Shown here: positions 1-12,478 of the stretch, in pieces
Numbering within the stretch: position 1 is the first letter of the stretch
Layout: the number at the start of each line of letters is the position of its first letter
NCBI GenBank assembly: GCA_965644295.1
Contig: CBFFRP010000202.1
Location: 63,793 to 127,792, forward strand
Length of the DNA stretch: 64,000 bases
Origin: Paraphysomonas bandaiensis
Lineage: Eukaryota; Protista; Chrysophyceae
Direction of reading: 5' to 3'
Program-made: the position numbers and the translations under genes
Notes under the pieces: model-generated
What the model was told of the DNA's origin: nothing
The model's database searches: none
What the model saw: only the letters and a program-made list of their open reading frames with translations

Positions 1-1031
1 CAGAAGTATGGGACGCAACAAATTTCTCAGATTTTTGGCTGCGCGCTCAGATCGAATTAGCTCTGACTTAGGAATCTAAACAAAAACCATGACTGAATAT
101 ACGCAGAATAAATACTCTAAACGTACCCTTGGATCCTGACCAGCTACAATTGGTTCTACAAAAGCTGATTTGAAGTGATTTTTAGTTCCCAAAATTGCTC
201 CTTTAGTCGCCCAGTCGACAAGTGCATACAGCTCCATCAAATTATTTTGAATAGGAGTTCCTAACCAACAAATAAGGTTGTTGTAAAACATTATAATTGA
301 ATAACCTGTCAAAAGAAGACGATGGGTCGATGGTAGAGAATGGACTGCTTTGGAAAGTTTAGTACTAGGGTTTTTTATTGTGTGGCCTTCGTCAAGAACA
401 ACATAATCCCATTCCCCATTACCAGAAAAGTGGTCAACCATATTGGAGAGGAGATTGTAAGAAGTAATGACTATACGACATCGGCGCACCATAAACACCT
501 CACTGCATGAACTATTCACTTATATGTAAATAGGAAATCTAACGTACCTACCGCAAAAGTCGCTCACGCTTCTTTTTAGGGACATCAGACCCTATTACTT
601 CAGTTACAACTCCTTTAACATATGGCTTCACAAAATCATTCACTTCACGAAACCAACTCTGCATTACAGACACTGGGCATACTATTAAAACCCGCTTAAT
701 TGCTTTCTCGCACATCAAGCCACAAAGTAAACAAACAACTTGAAAAGTTTTCCCCTATGAAAAACATTGAAAGTAATTACTATCTTATAAGTATATAAAT
801 CTTATTAGAATATACCAGTCCCATATCATCCCCTAATATCCCTCCTAATCCAGTTTTATATCGACTATACATCCAATTAATTCCTTGTTTTTGATGATGA
901 AACATTCTATGCAGTAATGTAGGTGGTATATGTATGACCTCATTCTCAATATATGAATTATTATCATGATCAGATATGTTATCAAATTCATTATAAGAAT
1001 GAAGATAATTCATTTGAATTGAATTAATCAA
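1..1031 (-). CDS. ERCC6L: SNF2-family helicase/ATPase, ERCC6L/PICH-Rad26-like (5' part; multi-exon, continues beyond left edge; true start uncertain)
   Basis: Spliced exons give HQKQGINWM, GGILGDDMGL|GKTFQV (motif I), VLIVCPVSVMQSWFRE, WDYVVLDEGHTIKN (motif II) and RLLLTG|TPIQNNLMELYALVDW (motif III). Subfamily assignment is tentative. Confidence 0.85.
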
Positions 1032-1429
1032 GTAGTTATAATGATCTATGGATATATATGTATGTATGTATAGATGGATGGATATGTATGTATATACAGT
1101 TTATTATGTATGTATATACTTATAAACTGCTCTATGAATGATTTAATAGAGATGATAGATATAAGAATGATATGATTAGGGTTCGTAATAATGAATAGAT
1201 TGTATATATTGAGTTATCTTTATGTATGTATATATATGGAGGGTACTATGAGTTGATGTCCTTCATGTATATGTATATGTATATGTATGTATGTATATAC
1301 AGTGCATGTGTATGTAGACATCCATACATAGATGTACATACTACTGTATAGAAGTAGTTGGTATTCCTATATATAAAAAGTAGACGTTAGTAGATTGTAG
1401 GAGTTTAACGTCTATTTCTATACACAATG

Positions 1430-1640
1430 CTCTATACTGTCCCTGTACTGCTGCTCTATACTCTGTACCTGTACTGCTCTATACTGTAACTGTACTGCTC
1501 TATACTGTACCTGTACTGCTCTATACTGTACCTGTACTGCTCTACACTGTACTTGTACTGCTGCTCTATACTGTACCTGTACTGCTCTTATACTGTACCT
1601 GTACTGCTCTATACTGTACTTGTACTGCTGCTCTATACTG
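1430..1640. repeat. Minisatellite, ~21-bp unit (CTCTATACTGTACCTGTACTG), ~10 copies
   Basis: Visible tandem copies in the divergent intergenic region between the SNF2 gene and Nopp140. Confidence 0.9.
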
Positions 1641-2175
1641 GAGTACTCCCACAACAACATAGACGTACATATCCATTCATACTCTGTATCTGATATGTAT
1701 GATAATATACCGTATTTTCAGTATTTTTTCTTAAATTGCAGATTTTTTAGGTTCTTTCTTTCCATTATTTCCAGAATCTGGAAGTTTCTGCATATATCCT
1801 ACACAAAAAATGATGGAATCGTAACCAATCATCTCCATACTCTTACGATCCTATCCTAGACTATCCTGATATCTAAATATCCGAATATTTCATCAACAAA
1901 TCTCTATTTTTCTATCATATCTCAAAAAACTTATAACTTTTCTTTATTTTTTTACTATAATATCCTTAATTTTTATAGTTTATAAATTTAATGGTGGATA
2001 ATGCTGTAGTCATATCATCCATCATACTGTCCAAACATTAACATATAGAAATCACTGTACATACCCTCATCTATAGACACACTCTACTTACATACTCCAT
2101 TCTATTCATTCATATCATTATTAAACATTTAATTGGTTTTAAATCATTTCATTATTATCATTTATCAAGATTTCA

Positions 2176-3802
2176 ATGGCTTGTGCATCAGATATCTATC
2201 CATATATCTATAATTTCTTAGTGGTAATGTATACATATATATATATATATATCCTTATAATTCACATGTATATAGACTTCTGGTCATACAAAAACAGCAA
2301 AATTATTTCTTAAAGAAGCTAATATTACAATTGATGATAAAGTTTCAAAGATTAATTTATTAGATATGTTTAAAGATTATATAAAACCAACTGTATCAAA
2401 AGATTCTGATAGCAGCTCAGTTTCTGACTCAAACAGTGATTCTGATAGCTCAGACAGTGATAGCGATGAAGAGGTTGCAAAGCCTACTGCTGTTACTGCT
2501 GACTCCAGTTCGTCAGAGTCTGAATCCAGTGATTCTGACAGCTCGGACAGTGATAGCGATGAAGAGGTTGCAAAGCCTACTGCTGTTACTGCTGACTCCA
2601 GTTCGTCAGAGTCTGAATCCAGTGATTCTGACAGCTCGGACAGTGACAGCGACTCAGATAGCGATGAAGTTGTAGCAAAGCCTACTGCTGTTACTGCTGA
2701 CTCCAGTTCGTCAGAGTCTGAATCCAGTGATTCTGACAGCTCGGACAGTGATAGCGACGAAGAGGTTGCAAAGCCTACTGCTGTTACTGCTGACTCCAGT
2801 TCTTCAGAGTCTGAATCCAGTGATTCTGACAGCTCGGACAGTGATAGCGACGAAGAGGTTGCAAAGCCTACTGCTGTTACTGCTGACTCCAGTTCGTCAG
2901 AGTCTGAATCCGGTGATTCTGACAGCTCGGACAGTGACAGCGACTCAGATAGCGACGAAGAGGTTGCAAAGCCCGCTCCTGTTGCTGCTGACTCCAGTTC
3001 TTCAGAGTCTGAATCCAGTGATTCTGACAGCTCGGACAGTGATAGCGACTCAGATAGCGATGAAGGTGTACCACTCCAGGTATGTTGTTTCTCTGATTTA
3101 TGTATAGAATTTTACGGTGATTTCTAGCGAACCAAGCGTTCTCGTGAGAATGGAGAATCTGCAGATGGCGCGGCATCGAAGAAAATGAAAGTTGATTCTT
3201 CTTCCGAGTCTAGCTCTTCTGGTAGTGATGACAGCGACGATAGCGAAAGCAGTAGTGATGAGGAGTCTGACGATGAGGAAACTGTCGCGAGGAAACTGAA
3301 ACAGCGAGAGATGGAAAGAAAAGAAAAGGCCCGACAGGCTGCCGCCGCTGCTGCTGCATGGATGGAGGTAAGCCTTTTGCTCTATGCGTTAATACCAATA
3401 ATGCCTCGAATAGAAAGCGCCAACAAACAGTGGTTCAAAATCAGCACCTAATTCTGCTGCTAAATCTCCGGGTGTTCCTTTCAAGCGTGTGAATTCCGAA
3501 ATATGGGGCTCCCAAATTATAGCTGGCTTAGAAGATAATTCATGTATGTAAAATGCGCTTGACATTTCGCTTCTCATGTATAGCAGACGAGAAGGCGTTC
3601 GGAGATGATGGATACGGTGCTAAAGCGAGTAATGTATTAATGCAGGTGTGTAACTTTTTTATTTTGGAATGTGTTCGTTTATATACAATTGATGTAGGTG
3701 AGAGGAAAAGATTTTCGTCACGAGAAAACGAAGAAAAAGCGAGGATCTTATCGTGGTGGTTCAATAACTCTAAACTCAAATTCATTCAAGTATGAAGAAT
3801 AG
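2176..3802 (+). CDS. NOLC1: Nopp140/SRP40-like nucleolar phosphoprotein (multi-exon)
   Basis: N-terminal LisH-like segment (IYPYIYNFLV|TSGHTKTAKLFLKE) and a central S/D/E-rich repeat region. C-terminal SRP40_C motifs after splicing: PFKRV, DNSYEKAFGDDGYGAKASNVLMQVRGKDFRHEKTKKKRGSYRGGSI..NSFKYEE*. Confidence 0.92.
2435..3066 (+). repeat. Coding tandem repeat (~100-120 bp, ~6 copies) encoding EEVAKPTAVTADSSSSESESSDSDSSDSDSD
   Basis: Near-identical units differing mainly in the number of SD pairs. Confidence 0.9.
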
Positions 3803-4262
3803 TACTGTGCTTAAAGTTACAGATTGGCAACTTCTGGATTATTATTAGGCAAATAGTATATACTCATAATAAATATGGACACCAACTATTTTAACTTCAA
3901 TATTCCTATATACATGTACCTTCCTTTGCAGCATTAATGAAGGCCTAAAGTATCTTGAATAGTCACTATATTTCAGTTTCAGCTATATAGCTATACAGTA
4001 TTTTGAGTACGTACTACAGTTTTCACATTGTATTTAACGAATAATACAATTTTATCTTAGAGGGACATACGTATTCCAAGAGCATGCCAAGGGCCAAAAT
4101 GATAACAAATACAGAAATGATGCCTAAATACTAAATACAACTGCATTAAGTCGTACGTAACTTCGTAAATGTAATCCTAACTTCGTAAACAGTATCCAGT
4201 TAACGAATACGCGACACTTAATCACTACACACTTAATAATGAAAACAATTACTGATAAAATA

Positions 4263-7200
4263 TCATACCAAATCATTCTTATCTTCAGCGGAATTGTTCT
4301 CTGGCTCAAAGTCCTCGCACTGAACATCGGAATTGACTCGCGGTACTATACTAGATGTGATGTCATTATACGAGATACTACCAGTGCCGTGACAGTCTAG
4401 ATCATCAAATCTATGTTTGATAACCTGAAGCAGCTCTGGCCGCAAAGCGCCAATTCGTACAAGCATTAATATAATATATTCACTGCAATCCAGATAGCCG
4501 TCTGAATCATCTATACCTATGCGGTTGGCCATATCTAGCTCTTCTTCAGTTAAAAAACTGTTAACTTTGGAAGAAAGCTCCGCAGCTTCTCCCAATGACA
4601 TTAACGCGTGAGCCATCATACCAAAAGTGACTGCCATAACTGAAAAAAATTGAAGTTAGATTTCACGCAATATACAACTCTCGGAATATACCTGCCATCC
4701 CAGAGCATGTATAAATACCAACAAGCACAAAGTACCAATCTGGGGAGTCATCTGGGATTTTAGAAAACCCACCAGTTGACATACTTGACCATGCAAAGTA
4801 TAACCCGTCCACAAATGACCATCCAATCGAAGAACAGCTCCACGCAACTCCAAAAACCGAATATAATACGAAAATAATATGAATTTTGTACTTGGGAACA
4901 TAGAATTTCAAGGCAGCCACAATGTCATCCGCATATCCCTCTGACTCTGCCGCAGCTTCCATTTCTTGTATTCTAGCTGCATCCGAATACCTATTCATGA
5001 ATTATAAGAAAATAGCATCAAAGAAATGCGATAACTTACCAGTTGGTTTTACTGTCAGCAAGTGAGCTTGCAATCACTGCCATTGCCAAACCGATCATAG
5101 CACTCCCTAAAAGCAAATGAATTGCCGAGTAAGCTTTCGCAATGGCATCTAAATCAAGCGACTGCCAATAAATCCCCTGCTAAATGTATCAAAACATATA
5201 CCGAGCATTAAAAAAATCGTACATATCCAACTGATACGCTTGTATAGAAGCCACGGGATAAGGTCATTCCAACATAAAATGAAAAAAACATCGTTCCAAC
5301 AAATAGCCACAGCAACCTGCAGTGCACATCGCAATATTAGAGTAATTTAGGTACCGGGATTAAATACTTGCCACAAGAAAAAAGACTGCGCATATGGACT
5401 CAGTAGTGTATAGTATATTTTCATACATAATATTGACAAAGGCCCCCCATCAGATATCGATGACTCTCTTTGAATTAAGAGTTCCTTGGCCTGATGACGT
5501 TAAAAAAATAGAACACACAGTGGAAAATAGAACCTTAAATATTTTGGAAATATGACGATCGCTTACGATAGGGGTATCTACTGAAACTTGATTACTCTTC
5601 GGAATAGGACCTATAAATAAAATTACACCTCCACCACAATTAATAAAATAGCAGTACCGTACCATTTTCCAAACCAGATTCATTATCGGATAGCGTGGAC
5701 GGGGCTCGAACTTCATCATAATCTTTGTCGTCTACTTTAAAAACAAAATTCATGGTAATTCTTATACTGCTCACAACTGAAATACTTATACCTGATTCTA
5801 CATCCTCCCTCTCATAGCAATCTTCATAATTTTCAAGTTGAAGATCATCATCATCGAAATCTGATTTCTTTGTCTCGCATTTTTCCATTTCACTGCTTCC
5901 ACATTGTTCTTTCCTTCCAATGTCACTAGAAGTGCTAACATCGCACACTGGGAGAATCTGCCCTGGATGCTGAGGTGGTGCGAACTCGAGCTCTGCAGTA
6001 GCCTTATCTGGTGTTGATGCTCCAGGGTGCGGAGCCACTTGCTTAGATATTTTAATATCGCCTAATACCGGTAGCTCTAATACAGACTTTCTGCATTTTG
6101 CATTGCTCTCTGTAGACTTGCTTCGATTGCGGCGCACAACTACAGATCCATCTTTATACATGGAAACAGTGAATGAACAATATACCTATGTCACCATACG
6201 ATATTCTATCGCTGTTTTCGCGATCCAGTTCCTTGAACTTTTCTCTAAACTCTTTGATTAAAGTCGGTTCTACTGAACCGATGCGAACAGCAGTGAGAAT
6301 TATAAACTCCTTGACATCTTATACACAACGTTATTAAACCATGAATTACTATTGTCTTCACCCACCTATAGTTCCGTCGCCATCATCAATGTCAAACATT
6401 TTCATAAAGTTAATCTCAGCGGGAGTTATGTCAGCAACAATTTTATCGTATATGGCTTCATCCTCAGGGTTTTCTAAGAAGAAACTCATGAACAGACCTA
6501 TAAACACAATTATCGTCGAAGCAATAAATGCGGACTAACTACCAATAGCAATCACAGTTAACGGAACACCAGTGGTAGTGTACAGAGCACAAAGCGCAAA
6601 ATTCCACGTGTTTGACGTATCTGGAATATGTCGATATCCGGCACCAGATAAAGTTGACAGTGTGAAATCTGCAGCTACAGCTACTGACCACCCGTCGATG
6701 TATAAAGTTACAACAACACCAAGGAGTGCCCATATAACAAATAATATAATAATTTTCACTTTCGGAAAATACAAGTTCACGGCAGCCACAATATCATCAA
6801 ATATGCCCTCTGTTTCAGCAGCTTTAGCTATTTCTTCCTGCTTCATCACTTCTAACAGCCAACTGCCCTTGCTAGCAGATAATTCTTTAGCAATATAAAT
6901 CACAGGTATTCCAGTAAACATAACACCAACAGCGTTGTGATAAATAGAAAATAATTTACTCCATATATCGCTATCGTCATATGTAATTGGTGGTTGCCAT
7001 CCTATCGACCATCCAACATTAACACTCTGATAGAAACCAATCGCCCACCCGAATCCATCATATAGAGAGTAGAAAGCGGTTCCTATAATAATCCATAGCG
7101 CACTGTATGCATATATATGTTATATTACATGTATATAAGTGTGTATGTATGTGTATATATAAGTGTATGTATGTAACATGTATGTATATATGTATGTATA

Positions 7201-7404
7201 TTCAGACTGTTATGAACTCATATGTTTAATAGTTCTTTTATTCTATACTTACCATGCGATAATAGGAGCATAACTCACAGGTATATGTATGGAATTCTGT
7301 GATTCACGTGCTGCTTGTTGTAATTCTAATATTTCAGCTGCATTAACTTTAATTGATGATACAGCCCCCTTACGACGGGATTTTAAGGGTCTTTGATGTG
7401 TCAT
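4263..7404 (-). CDS. Tandem (double) TPK/two-pore K+-channel-like protein A: 8 TM, 4 pore loops, 2 EF-hand pairs, ~840 aa
   Basis: Manual splicing (about 12 exons, one GC-AG intron) gives one ORF from MTHQRPLK. It contains P1 GFYQSVNVGWSIGW, P2 DFTLSTLSGAGY, EF DDGDGTIDVKEFIILTAVRIG, an acidic linker, P3 GFYTSVSVGYGIYW, P4 GLYFAWSSMSTGGF and EF DDSDGYLDCSEYIILMLVRIG. Confidence 0.85.
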
Positions 7405-8543
7405 GATATGTATTAAATGAATAAGTACATGTGAATGAATGATTAATGGGGTGTGTATGTGTGTGTTAAGTATGTATATGTGTGTTAAGTATGTATGTGT
7501 GTGTTAGTATATAGAGAGTTATGTGTAGAGAGGTACATATATATATGAGTGTATACGTAGTGGGAAGTGACGTTGAATAGATCCCTTTTATATCGTACAG
7601 TACATACATAGGTACAAATGGGAAGTATAATCCCACTAGTATATAAGTGCGATTGTCTACTAGTATGTCCTGTACATGTTGATCAAAATGATGTATATAA
7701 GTACACATACACAAGTACATATAGCCGTTCAATACTTTCAACTTTCTAGAACTACGTATGTATAAAACGTATATGAAAAGTTGAAGAACTTTCTCCTATT
7801 CTGTATTTTATGGTAATACAGCGTATTCTAAATCAGTCGTTTCACATACTATACCCTGTGAGAGAGTTGTACATACATAAGTACACTATACAAGTACACA
7901 CCATACATATCCAGTACTAGTATACTACGACTTTTTACACTATACAAGTACATACCATTTATAGCACTATGTATACATATATCTACCCATACACATCTCC
8001 ATAAGTACAAAACCATATATACAAGTACACATCATATACATATACAAGTACACACCAGATATACATGTACATGTAGAGTACATCTCCAGTACATCTCTAT
8101 ACACAGAGTTGTATATATATACATACATCTCCAGCATCTCTCTATATATACACATACATCCCACGTCAGTTCACATCTTACATACAACTCTCACTCATAT
8201 ATCTCTTACTTCATACTATTGAATCAATCCAATCATTCTTCCAATCAAACATTCAAATCATACTCATATGATTCAATTAAATCAGTTCATAATATCTAAC
8301 TAACACATACATACACATACATATACATACATACACACAGTATGCTTCTAATATCACACTATTAACACACATACACACATATACACACACATACACACAT
8401 ACACACATATATACTCTAATTTACATATAAATAATAAGGGTTTTCTAACTTTTTATTATCATAAATACTCATTTTAGTATCATATTGTAGAATGTTTGTA
8501 ATAGTCATTCATTTCATTCATTAGATCGATTTGTATTATAAAC
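7405..8543. promoter_or_regulatory. Putative bidirectional promoter region shared by the two channel genes
   Basis: 1.14-kb non-coding gap between divergent ATGs. Low-complexity sequence flips from GT/TATG-rich (left) to CA/CATA-rich (right). Confidence 0.55.
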
Positions 8544-11500
8544 ATGGTAAGAAAACATTGTAAAAGATTACAAATGAGACGTTTACCAACATATGATCTT
8601 GAATGTATTCCACCATCACAAATTTTAGAATGGGAAAATGAAAATAAAAGAAAAATTAAAGTTGAAGATTTACTCAATTATATACCTCTAGTGGCATGGT
8701 AAGATGATGTCTATGGTATATGTATTATATAGAAACTAATAGAATACTACAGGGTATTTTGGATGTTTTTTGGTACATGGTTCTATGCAGTACATGATGG
8801 TTTTGGCTGGCCACTTGGTTTGTATATGTCTGTGAATATTGGATGGGCACTTGGTTTTGACATTCCGTTCACTGGTGACCACTACGGTAGTCAGATGAGC
8901 AACCTTTTCTCTCTCATCCATACTTCGATCGGTGTGATATTTGTCGGTGTGGCGGTCATATACATAGCGAATGTTCTTACCCAGACAAAAGATAGCTGGA
9001 TGGTTGAGATACTACGCAAGAAAGAGATGGAACGAGCTGCTGCCACAGATGGGGTGTGGGACGATATCATAGCCACAGCGCGTCTGTATGGACCGAAATA
9101 CAAGATCTTTTTCTTATTCTTCATTTGGATCATATTTGGTGTGGTTTGGGGTATAGTCACTGTACCAGGTTGGGGTTTCTTGTACTCCTTGGACTATACG
9201 TTGTCCACTCTGTCCGGCGGTGGATATGTAACATTACCTGCTGATGCACCAGATTGGCAATATGTTGTTTCTGCCCTCTACGCGACCACTGGTATACCCT
9301 TAATGGCTATATCTCTGGGTATGCTTCCTGTTGAACACTCTTTTTCTCTGTATTGTGATATTGATTTCGTAGGCCTGCTTGTCACATTATGCATGGACAA
9401 CCCGGACGATAGTGCCATATTCTCCAAAATAGTAGCAGACGTCACCCAGGAAGAGATAGATTTTATGAATATATTCGGAATAGATGGTAGGATAGTGTCT
9501 TGTGCAAGTCTAGAATAATATGTGCTCACGTTGTTTATGTGCTATAATTTTTCTGTCGTTATTGCTGTCTTATCTGAATACTGCGTGTAGATGGTGACGG
9601 CAGCGTGGACAACCGTGAGTTTATTATTCTTACTGTGGTTCGTATTGGAGCTGCCCCACCCGACCTGATCGTGCAAATCAACCAGCGCTTTCAAGAGCTG
9701 GACCGCAAGAGGCAGAACAAGTTACTCTACGATGACTTAATTTACAAGAGACGGAGAAAGGCTCCTACCTTGAGAAGCGTAGTACGAAGCAATGAATTCA
9801 GCAAGCTCATTATATCGAAGCGTTTATCGGAGGAACACAACCCAAACTCTAAGCGCAAGCGGAGGAGGCATTATTCTATAAGGCGGGAATACGAGATAGT
9901 CGAAGCGTCTCCATCATTGACTTCGAAGGAGGTGCCTGTCAAGGTTATGGTACTCTTTTATTCGTAATTAATTTTGACTAAACACTGTTACCTCAGAAAA
10001 AACGCGGATTTTCGCCAGTGCCATTTGAAAATAACAATAGCCTTGAGAGGGATTTATACGATATGTCTCTCAACTGTAGTGCTGATGAACCCGAATCTCA
10101 ACAGAGTTGTGGAAGTTATCGTGAAGGTACTAACTACCAGTCACCTTCACGCGTTAATGATATCGAGAGTGGGGAAGTCGGAGTCGACCTTGACGAAAGT
10201 GAAGTAAAAGACAGCGATATGGAATCGGATAGAGTGAGCTCAACGCGTCGCCGTGTATCTCGCATCGATTCAGAAGGGAGTGCTAGAAGCGCTACTATGA
10301 TGCTTGTAGCCAATGCTGCAATGGGATCGATGAGGCGCATTAAGCAAGAGGACGATATGGAATTCAACTCAAAAATCTCCGCTAAGATGTTAAATAAGCT
10401 GAGAAGCGTTGATGAGTCTTCTGGGCACCACATTCATCTCCCACCAGTACTTTCTGCGTTGTATTTGGCTATCGTGGATCCGTACTGCAAAGCTTTCATG
10501 GCATGGTATCAGACTCTAATTTCTGGGTTTTTGACGTAACCAATGGGACGCAGGGTTATTTGGATAGTTGCAGGAAGTGTTTTCTACTCAATTCATGACA
10601 ATGTGTCATTTATGATGGGATTCCACACCAGTGTATCTGTCGGATATGGTACGCCTATTGCTGACGAGCACATTATTGTCTTAAATATGTATTGCCATGG
10701 CCACAGGTATATTTTGGACAGAAATGCATTTTAACCCGGCCCTGAAGGCATTTACAATATGCTATCTTCTCATTGGAAGTACGGCCATCGGTGGGGCTAT
10801 GGCGGCTTTTGCAAGAGCACTTTCGGACACGAAAAGCAATTGGTGAGCACTGCTAATACTTGTATTACACACGGGAATAATTGCTTGTACCAGGTATGTT
10901 GACGCGCTTCGTAAAAAACAGCTGGCAGCTGCAGAAGACACGGAAGGGTACTGGGATGACATCGTAGCAATCGCTGCAATATACTGGCCAAAAGTGAAGA
11001 TACATGCGATATTCTTTGTTCTTGCTGCGTGTGGAACGCTCTGGAGCTGCCTAACTTTCGACTGGACGTTTATTGATGGTTTGTATTTTGCTCTCTCAGC
11101 TATGTCCGCTGGTGGGTTGGTAGAACTTCCGGACGGGAGTGAGGATTGGAAATATGTTTTAGTCAGTCTATATATTTGTATTGGTGTTCCTGTAATGGCA
11201 ATTGCTTTCGGGCTCTTTGCCCATCAAATTACAAGCTTTGGGGCATCCGATTGTTTGGAAGAAAAGCTTAACGCCAGATATACTGAAGAAGAAGTTGAAA
11301 TGATGAAGTCCTTTGAAATAGACGGTATGTTTAGCATGGATATTTAAAGGTCGTAGTTATTGATTCATGCAGATGGAGATGGGTCCCTGGATGCCAGGGA
11401 GTTCGTTATATTAATACTTGTTAGAATCGGAGCTCTGAATCCGGAGCTGATTAAAGTTATCAATGACCGATTTAGGGACTTTGATACTGAAGGAAAGGGA

Positions 11501-11647
11501 TTTGTGTCTTACGCCGCTCTGAAGAGCAGTAGGGTAGGTGTTGATACTGCAAGAGATATGGTCCACTCGAATATTCAAGGCAGTCGGCGACCGACCATGC
11601 GATTACTGGGGTTTGGAACAGCGAAAATTGGCACATTACATTCCTAG
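8544..11647 (+). CDS. Tandem (double) TPK/two-pore K+-channel-like protein B: 8 TM, 4 pore loops, 2 EF-hand pairs, ~880 aa
   Basis: Nine exons joined by in-frame GT-AG introns (e.g. 8699-8752, 9319-9372, 9487-9590, 9944-9996, 10506-10553, 10649-10706). Motifs: P1 GLYMSVNIGWALGF, P2 DYTLSTLSGGGY, EF DDGDGSVDNREFIILTVVRIG, P3 GFHTSVSVGYGIFW, P4 GLYFALSAMSAGGL, EF DDGDGSLDAREFVILILVRIG. Confidence 0.88.
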
Positions 11648-11879
11648 TATCACCTTGTAGTTTTGGATATATGATGTTTATTGCAGTAATTTGTATTTAC
11701 TTGTAGTTATTACTTAATGCCAGTAGTGCATGAGTGTGCGTATTGATGACTTACAGTGCGTTCAGATGATCTTTTTTTGTTATGATATGATGTGCAATCG
11801 TACTCTGTAGTATCATCTTCAGTTAACTCAATAATGGTATTATATTTTACATTTCGGAGTACGTGGTGTATAGCGTTCA

Positions 11880-12478
11880 GTTGTTTTGAGCAGCTATCTT
11901 TCAACGAATTGTTTGTGCTTCACATGGTGAGATCTAGAGTTTGACGAAGTTATATTAAGGCACCCGATTGTCGAGTGTCATCTGGGCGACAATGCTGCTA
12001 TTATTCATAACTCTGCTTTCTAAAAGGCAGTCGTGAAGGTTCAGTGTGGCAACGAAGCCGTGCTAACTAGGACAGAAAAGAATCAAATTAAAATATTTTT
12101 GCTCGATGAGGATGAAGAAGATTGTGACAGTGCAAGTGACGACGCAGCGCAATTTTGCTTTGATTGATGGTAGCAAGCTGCTTTGACTTAAGCAGCGAAC
12201 TCGTTACCGCAGGATGAAGCACTTGCATGCCACAAAGGTTGTTCAGTAGAGCTAAGATTGTTATGACGGGTTTGCGCAAGAGCTTGACTCCTTGACATTT
12301 AAAAGCTACTTATGTTTTTATGCATGAACCGTCGGCTCTGCAATGAAATGACAGTTAATGTAGCTATTTTAGTGCTAAATAATCGCAATAATTGAAATTA
12401 AGACAGCAAGTAATAATTGCTATTATAGTTGACTACAACCTGCGTCAATTAATTCACAATATTTGATACGCTGCCCTG
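11880..12478 (+). mobile_element. Degenerate hAT transposon 3' fragment with right terminus
   Basis: Broken translation HPIVECHLGDNAAIIHNSAF*KAVVKVQCGNEAVLTRTEK..RLFSRAKIVMT matches the C-terminus of the ORF at 46549-48249. Ends in GATACGCTGCCCTG like the copy ending at 49933. Confidence 0.8.

Noticed and set aside
4263-11647. Reading the channel locus as four separate two-pore genes
   Set aside because: The linkers splice in frame, are coding-like and lack the promoter-type AT-rich zone. Disfavoured, though only cDNA can exclude it.
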